Of a DNA stretch of 36,658 nucleotides, positions 1 to 7,100 are shown piece after piece; the stretch's first letter is position 1, and each line of letters begins with the position of its first letter. A model generated the notes under the pieces. That model saw only the letters and a program-made list of their open reading frames with translations. It was not told the origin of the DNA and made no database searches. The stretch is from IMG/VR virus record IMGVR_UViG_3300038674_000239, positions 1 through 36,658 of that record, one strand, 5' to 3'. The DNA comes from a virus (taxonomy: Duplodnaviria; Caudoviricetes). The position numbers and the translations under genes are program-made.

Positions 1-64
1 GTTCCTGTTTTCTTTGCATTTTTCTTTTCATTTTCTAGAATCGTATTAAATATTTATAATCCGC

Positions 65-122
65 AAAACGAAGCGTTCCGAAAAAATAAAACGAAGCGTT
101 ATATCTCGTAAAACGAAACGTT
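65..122 (+). repeat. Three 13-bp direct repeats AAAACGAA(G/A)CGTT, putative transposase-binding sites of the phage end
   Basis: Copies at 65-77, 88-100 and 110-122 with a 23/22-bp period, just beyond the last phage gene, like the Mu end binding sites. Confidence 0.75.
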
Positions 123-145
123 CTTTTTTCAGGTTCCCTCCCCAT

Positions 146-185
146 AACGCGAGACGCCCCAGAGAAATCTGAGGCGTCTCGCGTT
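146..185. terminator. Strong stem-loop downstream of the TS-like gene, probable terminator
   Basis: AACGCGAGACGCC (146-158) pairs with GGCGTCTCGCGTT (173-185); inner CAGA/TCTG stem with a GAAA loop. Confidence 0.6.
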
Positions 186-196
186 TCTTATATATT

Positions 197-838
197 TCAG
201 ACATTCAACTCAAACTTCACACTCTCATCACCATCGAGCAGCAACTTTGTACGCTCTATATTATTCTCGTACAGGTGTACATTTCCGAGGTTCAGCGTTA
301 TGTTCTTCAGCGGCAGGTCTATCTGCCGTGTCATTAGGTAAAGATGGTAGATGTCTGCCGGAAGTCCGAGGTTTGCGTCGCTGCTCCGCTGATAAGCCGA
401 CAGCAACAGTTCTCCTCCTTCAATTTGGAATTGTACCAGGCTCAGACACGGTGCCTGATTACTCTCTGCATTGGTCTCACCAAGGAACAGCACATAGTTC
501 TTGCTGTTGCGTTTCTCACGGTTTATCTTCGCTATCAGCGAGGGAAGCTTTTCAAAGTATGTCGGGTAGCTGTTTACCAGTATGCTTCCGCAGTAGTCCC
601 ACCAGTTGATGCCTGCCTCGCGGTATTTCTCCACCTGCCGCTCACCCTGCATGAAGAGCTGCAGTTCATTCCTCAGTTTCTTTCTGGCAATGCTGTGGCT
701 CTCGAATATATCGAGCAAGTCGGCAGGCGACAATGAAAGTTGCTCATTGAGCAAGTAACGGATATTGCCTTTCTTGTTGGTCTGGATCTTTCCTTGCTCC
801 AGGATCTTGTTCAGTATCTGATAATATTTGTTCATCAT
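197..838 (-). CDS. Thymidylate synthase / pyrimidine (hydroxy)methyltransferase family protein
   Basis: Catalytic APC motif (QAPCLSLVQF), YQRSSDANLGLPAD and NVHLYENN all match thymidylate synthase family motifs. Confidence 0.85.
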   Translation of the reverse strand: MMNKYYQILNKILEQGKIQTNKKGNIRYLLNEQLSLSPADLLDIFESHSIARKKLRNELQLFMQGERQVEKYREAGINWWDYCGSILVNSYPTYFEKLPSLIAKINREKRNSKNYVLFLGETNAESNQAPCLSLVQFQIEGGELLLSAYQRSSDANLGLPADIYHLYLMTRQIDLPLKNITLNLGNVHLYENNIERTKLLLDGDESVKFELNV

Positions 839-860
839 TCAAACGGTATTAGAATGTCAT

Positions 861-1172
861 TCAAGCGACATCCGTATAGAGCATGATGTCAGTGTAGGAC
901 GAGTTGTAATTCATGTGGGCATTGAACTCCCTGCGGTGGCAATTCCTGAACGGGTCGCCGAGATTCGGGTGTCTGCCCATCCAGTCGCACAACTCTACGA
1001 TAGAGGACTTGTTCGAGGTGAAGTAGATGAAACGGTGCCCGGAGAGGACTGTCAGCACATCGAGGTAATCGGACAGTTTCCAATACATTCTGTAGGTCTT
1101 GCTGTCCGTGCTCAGATAGGGCGGATCGACGAGGAACACCACGCCAGGTACGTTCTTGTAACGCTCAAACAC
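861..1172 (-). pseudogene. C-terminal remnant of a Dam-like DNA adenine methyltransferase
   Basis: VFLVDPPY (motif IV) is present but the SAM-binding motif I is absent. An in-frame TAG (1173-1175) directly precedes the GTG, and only about 50 bp separate it from the previous gene. Confidence 0.7.
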
Positions 1173-1223
1173 CTACGGCAAAGGTCGCCATATTCGATGA
1201 GGCAGAAGAACATTTACACAAAA

Positions 1224-1472
1224 TCACACTGCAAGCGGCTTGCAGTCGCTTTGGAACCGTTTGATAAGCATATACACCTTGCGCTCACTCACCGCATACT
1301 TATCCGACAGCCTGGCCACAGTATACGACACTTTTTCGCCGTGTTCCAGCAGCGTGGTATAATCTGTATATAAGTCCACAAACTCCTCGTCTTCCAGACG
1401 AATTCCCGCTGTTTTGAGCCTTTTTATCAGCTCCCTGTTAAATTTCAAGACCTCAATTATCTTCATTATCAC
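1224..1472 (-). CDS. Small HTH protein, Mor/C-like transcription regulator
   Basis: 82 aa with a C-terminal HTH-like segment (LSDKYAVSERKVYMLIKR), upstream of the DNA-modification genes. Confidence 0.6.
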   Translation of the reverse strand: MIMKIIEVLKFNRELIKRLKTAGIRLEDEEFVDLYTDYTTLLEHGEKVSYTVARLSDKYAVSERKVYMLIKRFQSDCKPLAV

Positions 1473-1481
1473 AAAATTTTG

Positions 1482-1489
1482 TATCTTTG
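1482..1489 (+). promoter_or_regulatory. Bacteroidota sigma-A -7 element TATCTTTG
   Basis: Exact TAnnTTTG match immediately before the long hairpin at 1493. Confidence 0.55.
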
Positions 1490-1492
1490 CAA

Positions 1493-1620
1493 CATCTCAC
1501 TTACATACGAACCAAAAAAGCTCAGAGTGCGAACGAGGGTATTGGCCCCCGGTCGTGCGCTCTGAGCGTTTTGGTTAATATGTAGGTGAGATGACTATTA
1601 ACAGGCCGGGGGCTTTTTTT
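1493..1620 (+). ncRNA. Candidate structured non-coding RNA (about 100-nt hairpin plus U-tract)
   Basis: CATCTCACTTACATA/TATGTAGGTGAGATG, AACCAAAA/TTTTGGTT and GCTCAGAG/CTCTGAGC form nested stems. G-U pairs favour the + strand. Ends in a T7 tract. Confidence 0.55.
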
Positions 1621-1649
1621 ATATCCCTCCCCCGAAGGGACTCTCTCAA

Positions 1650-1934
1650 CTATCCACTGTACTTGAAATAGTTTCCGCCAAGCAGACGCACGCTCCAGTA
1701 GTAGCACAGCGCAATGGTGGCTACCCACAGGGCCTTTGCCGGTGCAAAGCTGCATTTTCCAATCTTCCGAAAGCAGTTTAGAAACAGGCGCATATCGGCA
1801 GCCTTGCGGTCGCGCTCGCTGCCCCCACGGTCGTAGTCATCGTCGTGTATGCAGCACGCCGCGTAGAACAGCCTGGCATAGGGTGGCGTGAACCAACGGA
1901 ATATGCCACTCTGGCAACCACAGCCCTTACTCAT
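1650..1934 (-). CDS. Small phospholipase A2-like / DUF1353-like phage protein (94 aa)
   Basis: Likely start is ATG at 1934 (MSKGCGC), overlapping the stop of the upstream gene. Motifs GCG, ACCIHDDDY and RKAADMRLF. Confidence 0.55.
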   Translation of the reverse strand: MSKGCGCQSGIFRWFTPPYARLFYAACCIHDDDYDRGGSERDRKAADMRLFLNCFRKIGKCSFAPAKALWVATIALCYYWSVRLLGGNYFKYSG

Positions 1935-2421
1935 GGCCGGCCTCCTCTCCGTAGGCCGACCAGTCGATGGCGTCTTTGGTCTTCCAGCCCTCGGCAAGGG
2001 TAGTCTGGATATAGGCCATTGCCTTGACATAGAAGTCGGTCAGTTCGTCGAGCGTGGTGAACTGGCGGTACTCAGGCTGCTCGTCCGTCCCGAACTTGAA
2101 TGTTACCGGCAGGGTAGCCCCTGCGGTCTGCACGGCGAGGTCGTATGCCGACTTGTAGTTGAACTGGTTCTCTGCCGACAGCCATACGGACATGTTCTCG
2201 TATGTGAAGCCGGAAAGAATCGCCTCGTCCACCTTCGCATTGTACCACGCAATCACAAGGCTCTTTACCTCGTCTGTGGTCGGACGATGGTCGAACTCTT
2301 CTTCCATGTAGTCCGCTGTCCCGTCCTCATTTTTCCGCACGTCCCAGCGGACGCGCCACTTTCCTTTCACCGGGTTGGTGCATTCCAGCAACCTCACGCC
2401 GGCATCTCCTTGTACTCTCAT
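1927..2421 (-). CDS. DUF4376-like phage tail-fibre-associated protein
   Basis: 164 aa, translationally coupled to the RT stop. The segment WYNAKVDEAILSGFTY...VWLSAENQFNYK resembles DUF4376 proteins. Confidence 0.6.
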   Translation of the reverse strand: MRVQGDAGVRLLECTNPVKGKWRVRWDVRKNEDGTADYMEEEFDHRPTTDEVKSLVIAWYNAKVDEAILSGFTYENMSVWLSAENQFNYKSAYDLAVQTAGATLPVTFKFGTDEQPEYRQFTTLDELTDFYVKAMAYIQTTLAEGWKTKDAIDWSAYGEEAGHE

Positions 2422-3722
2422 CAGCTAAAAACATATTTGGTCCTACCTTTGCCGAAGGTTTCCGTCCGGATGGTTGTCTCGAACGGGAAGCCATCCGGCA
2501 TCTCACTAATCTGCGCGAGGATGTTCTTCATCTCCTCGCTGTTTGTAAAGAACTTCTTTGGCTCGCCGTTCTGCTCGATACTGACGATACAGCGGTCCTC
2601 GCCCTGTTCCGTATAGATTCCCGTCTCGTAGTCTTTGACCACGATGGGGAGATTTACCAACTCCCTGATGCTCACCACAGCACCGGGGAAACGCTTCTTG
2701 CCGTCCTCCGGCTTGTAAGCGATTTTCAAATCCTTAAAAGATTTCATTTTTTTGCCTGTTAATTGATGAAACATATTATTACAGTCGGCATGCTTGGCCA
2801 TCCCATAGAGGGAGGCAATGATTTCACGCCGTCTTTTTCTTGATTTCACTTCATTAAGTTTCGCTGCCGCCTTTTTCTTGATGCGCTTGCGCAGACGGAT
2901 ATAGTCTGGGCGTATCACATAGCCGAGAAAGTCTATACCTTCCGTAACAGGGAAAATGCGCTCATTACTCTTTACCTGCAAGCCGATGCTCTCTATCTGA
3001 CGGTGTATGATCTCACGCACTTGCCATAGTTCCTGCTTGGAACCGGCCAGCACCACGCCGTCATCGCAGTAGCGGTAGAAGTGGCGCACGCCGCACTCAT
3101 CCTTCAGCACATGGTCAAGGTGTACGGATAGCAACAGGTTGCCCAGCCCCTGCGATGAGCGAAGGCCTATGCTCAGCCCCTTGGGCATCATGCGGATGAA
3201 GCCGTCGAGCAGGGTAATGAGCCTCCTGTCCTTGAATACCCTCCTCACGCAGTCCATGACCGTGTCCTGGTCGATGCTCTCGTAGAACTTGCTGATGTCG
3301 AACTTGTAGCAGTAGCGTGTCGTTTCCGGCTGCTCCTGCATATCCCGCTGGATGTACGCCAGCAGGTCGTGCATACCACGTTCCTTGATGCTTGCCGAGG
3401 TCGTGCGGATAAAACGCTTCTTCAGGTGCCTGTCCACCACGGCCATGACGGCATGCACTGCGATGCGGTCCTTCATTGTCAGGATCTGGATGCGGCGTGT
3501 CTTTCCATTCTCGATAATCTCACGCTCGCGGTAGTCCTTGACGGTATAGGTGCCTGCCTTGATACGGTCGCTGAGCTCACGGATAACATCTTCGCGGTGT
3601 GCCAGCAGCCAGCGTCCCTGCTTGCTCTCTTTCCGCTTTGTGCCACGGAGTACCTGGTCGAAAGAATCCGACATGCTGGAGTATTCGACTATCTCCTCAA
3701 TGATGTAACCTTCCCTGCGCAT
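2421..3722 (-). CDS. DGR reverse transcriptase with a C-terminal extension of about 108 aa
   Basis: RT motifs KDRIAVHA, KFDISKFYESI, GLSIGLRSSQ (DGR-type SQ), YRYCDD and GIDFLGY; adjacent to a TR/VR pair. Confidence 0.95.
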   Translation of the reverse strand: MRREGYIIEEIVEYSSMSDSFDQVLRGTKRKESKQGRWLLAHREDVIRELSDRIKAGTYTVKDYREREIIENGKTRRIQILTMKDRIAVHAVMAVVDRHLKKRFIRTTSASIKERGMHDLLAYIQRDMQEQPETTRYCYKFDISKFYESIDQDTVMDCVRRVFKDRRLITLLDGFIRMMPKGLSIGLRSSQGLGNLLLSVHLDHVLKDECGVRHFYRYCDDGVVLAGSKQELWQVREIIHRQIESIGLQVKSNERIFPVTEGIDFLGYVIRPDYIRLRKRIKKKAAAKLNEVKSRKRRREIIASLYGMAKHADCNNMFHQLTGKKMKSFKDLKIAYKPEDGKKRFPGAVVSIRELVNLPIVVKDYETGIYTEQGEDRCIVSIEQNGEPKKFFTNSEEMKNILAQISEMPDGFPFETTIRTETFGKGRTKYVFS

Positions 3723-3926
3723 CTTTTTGTTTTACTTGTTTATTACTTGAAGGCGGGAGCCTTCCTTTCTCCGGGCCTGAGTTCTTCGAGCTTGTGGTAA
3801 GCCTACCAAACTCTACCCGACACTTGATGTTTCGGCTTTCCACCGTTGCAGGTGCTTTTGCCGTGGCTTGTTCCCCTCGGTGCGGTATCGGGGACACGTC
3901 CCTCATTGCCGTAGAACCGATTGATA

Positions 3927-4046
3927 GTTTGCCAGACGCGAACCGACATTCGTGTTCGAGTTCGAAGCATCGTTATTCGCATTCGAGTTCGATACACCGC
4001 CAGCCGCATTCGCGTTGTTGTAGCCGCGATAGACCACACGGGATAT
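3927..4046 (-). repeat. DGR template repeat (TR)
   Basis: 120-nt copy of 4261-4380 (offset 334), rich in AAC/AAT codons. All 13 differences fall at adenines of the TR sense strand. Confidence 0.95.
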
Positions 4047-4072
4047 AGGGAACTCCGCCATAAAATCAAGTG

Positions 4073-4080
4073 CAAAGGTA
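4073..4080 (-). promoter_or_regulatory. Bacteroidota -7 promoter element TACCTTTG upstream of TR-RT
   Basis: Exact TAnnTTTG about 27 nt upstream of TR, with a near-consensus TTTA 21 nt further upstream. Confidence 0.6.
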
Positions 4081-4122
4081 CTCAATTTCAGCGAGCCTGC
4101 GTAAAAATTTCCACCGTCATCG

Positions 4123-4166
4123 ACGGGCTTACGCCCGTATCTCGATGTCCTCGTGCCTCGGACATC
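4123..4166 (-). promoter_or_regulatory. Two hairpins downstream of the target gene, candidate DGR cis-acting hairpin/cruciform
   Basis: ACGGGC-GTAA-GCCCGT (4123-4138, GNRA-type loop on the minus strand) and GATGTCC-N9-GGACATC (4144-4166). Confidence 0.55.
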
Positions 4167-4197
4167 ACGCTTTGTCGCTGCGCTCCCGCTTTCGCTT

Positions 4198-7100
4198 TTA
4201 CGCCACTTCGCCGACCGCCTTATACGCAACCACGCTCTGCGCCCTCACGATTCTGCCGCGGAAGGCCAGACGCGAACCGACATTCGTGCTCGAGTGCGAA
4301 GCATCGTTACCCGCATTCGAGTTCGATACACCGCCAGCCGCATACGCGCTGCTGCAGCCGCGATAGACCACACGGGAGAGGGAACCGCTGAACCAGTATT
4401 TGTCACCGTAGAAGGTCGAGGAAGACCCCATCACATTGCCCACCGGTATTACGTCCATATACTTGCCGTGTGCAACCGCCGTTATCCAGTAGTCATTGCT
4501 CGTAGTTCCCTTAACCCATCGTACAGTTCCATCAGGCATCCAGATACGCCATTTCGCAGAATTCGCGCTATCGTTCGGAACGTCCACGCCGTCCATCATG
4601 TCCCATTTGTGACCGTAAATATCCTCGTAGCCGAGGCAGCAGACGTTATTCACCTGTGTGACTGCCGCGCCACCATATTCATCCTCACTACGGTACCAGG
4701 CATATTGATGAGTGGAAAGCTCCACGATACTGTTGGTAATGCCGCTGTTCACACCGCTTGCCTCTACATAGCCCACGGTATCGGTCATTCCTCTTGAAGC
4801 CGTACCTCCCGTTAGTCGCATATTTGAGTGTTGTCCGGCACCGCACTGTTCCTGTGCGTCACGCCGGCCGTAACGGGCGAAGAACAGGTTTGCGATGCGC
4901 GAGTGCATCAGTGCGTCTATCTGCTGCATGCCACGCTGTACTGAGTAGTAGTGGAAGTCTGTCCATGTCATGCTCGCAGTCGTGCTGCCACCGGTGATGG
5001 CCGCCCGCAGCTTCGAGCCGATGACCGACGACCCCACCACGGCGCACAGGTGCTCGTCGCTGGCCACCCATTCCGGCTCCATGTCCTCAATCCGAGTGCT
5101 ATTGCTCAGCACCACGCAGTCGAACTCCGCCGTGTTCAGCACGGTGAAGTGCAGGGTCACTGCCGTTTCCGGCACGTCGGCGATGAGGTACATACCCGCC
5201 TCGAACTTGTTGCCGATGGTCGGAACCACGACCGAGCTGACCACCTTGCCCTCTGCGTCCACGAACACCGAGCCGATGAGGTTCGTGCCGGGGACACTGG
5301 GAAAGCGGACGCGCTTGTATCCCTCCACGCTCACCTTGCACACGCTGTAGGCCGTGTCGGTCGTGTAGGAGTTCTGCAGTGTGTCTTTGCCCGCAGTTAT
5401 CTTCTTACCTGTGAGGTATCCGCCTTGCGTGCCCTTGATGTCGTCAAGGCTCACCACCGTTGCCTCAGGACTTGCCGGCTTGTGGTCACGGTCATTGGAA
5501 CAGTAGCAGCTGTAATGCTTTCCGCCGAGGTAGTCGTTCACGCCCTTCGACCAGAAGAACGGCTCGTACATCATCCAGTCGCCCTCCGTGCCGTCCAGCT
5601 TCGCCTCCGTGCCGTCGGCGTACCTGTAGCTGTTGCTGTCATCAAGGGGGTAGTAGGTCATCTCGCCGTCAAGGTTCGGCACGGCAACGTCCTGTCCCGC
5701 CATGTTCACATTGCGGGTCGTGGCCTTCCTGGTTACCTTCGCCAGAACCCTGTGCCGCTGTTTCAGTATGGCGGCGATGTGGCCGCTCGGCTTGTAGGCT
5801 GTTCCGCTCTTGTAGCCGGTCCCGTTGTCAAGGTTCGTCACGTTGGCATCGTCGGCCACCGAGTCGTCGAACTCTATCATCGTGTAGTCGGGCTGACGCA
5901 GGTCGAGCTCGTCAAACCTCGCCTTCAGCCTCTCGTACACATCATCATCCATATAGCGGGTCAGCCGGTACGTGCCTGTCAGCTTGCAGCGTCCCTCCAC
6001 GGTGTTTCCCTGCGCGTCGATGCCTCCTATCCCTTGCGCCTCCAGTGACAGGAGGTCAGAGCCGTCGCCCTCCAGGTCTACACCATCCACACGCACATAG
6101 CGCAGGCTGTTGCCCTGTAGAGCGAGTATCTCGTTCATCATCGCCAGCCCATTGATCCTGGCGCAGCCTTCCACGCGCAGACCTGTCAGCGTCTTGATGT
6201 CGCCGAAGACGATGCCGCCACGCTCCAGCTGTGGCAACTGCCGCAGCGAGAGAGTCTGGAACCCGGCTGGCAGCATGAGTGAGCTGACAGGTGCACCCTG
6301 TGCCAGAGTCAGCGTGCTCAGTGAGGAGCATCCGTCGGCATTCACAGATTCAAGGCGTATGCAGCCCGAGAGGTCAAGCCCCGTCAGCATGGTGTAGTTT
6401 CTCACATCGAGCGTCCGCAGCATGCGCAGCTTCGTGCCAATGGACAGCTCTGTCAGCGTGTAGGTCTTGCCCGCTGTGCCCAGCACCAGCTCTTCCAGCC
6501 GTGGCAGCACGGGCAGCGTCAGGTCGGTGAAGCCACCCCATGAGCTGAGGTCAATCTTACGGGCGTACTCACCACCATAGAAGTGGAATATGGTGCCCAC
6601 ATTGGCCATCTGCCCATAGGTGTAGCTCCATTCCTGACTGGCTTGCACCTTGTCGTGCGCCACCATCTGCCCCTCGCGTGAGAAGGCGAAGTAGAAGTCG
6701 CGCCCTGCCCACGCCCTGATGGTGGCCCCGGCCGCGGAGTTGCCCTTGAACGTAAGGTCGGTGCTTGGATACTGCCCCGTGGCAAACTTGGCGTCGAGCA
6801 TCGACAGGCGGTTCCTGAGCCACCAGTGGCGGTGTGCCGTGCGGCTGCCCTGCATGGCCTCCAGGTAAGAGTAGGTAAGCTTCGTCACCTGCCCGTCCTT
6901 GAGCACGTCCACGCCCTCGGTCTTGGGCACCACATATTTCAGCACGGCATCCTTGTTGTAGATACGCTCACAGAACTTGGCACTCTGCTCCTTGTCGAAG
7001 ATATTCAGAATGAACTCATTGGTCAGCACACGACGCAGTCGCACGTATGCAGCCTGAAGTTCCCCGGCCAGCGCATCGCGCACCAGTTGCCACAACACGC

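Noticed and set aside
65-122. CRISPR mini-array
   Set aside because: The repeats are 13 bp with 9-10 bp spacers and there are no cas genes; transposase-binding sites fit better.
1935-2030. Extended ORF-track starts (2030, 19358, 21219, 22159)
   Set aside because: They overlap upstream genes or promoter DNA; downstream ATGs at 1934, 19292, 21114 and 22081 fit the operon packing and protein features better.
2421-3722. RT as a group II intron, retron or Abi RT
   Set aside because: No maturase/endonuclease domain or retron VTG motif is visible; the SQ motif and the adjacent A-specific TR/VR pair identify a DGR.
3903-4229. 108-aa ORF through TR as a real gene or Avd
   Set aside because: It is simply TR read in the VR-equivalent frame (Asn-rich), overlaps the target gene and has no Avd-like helical character.
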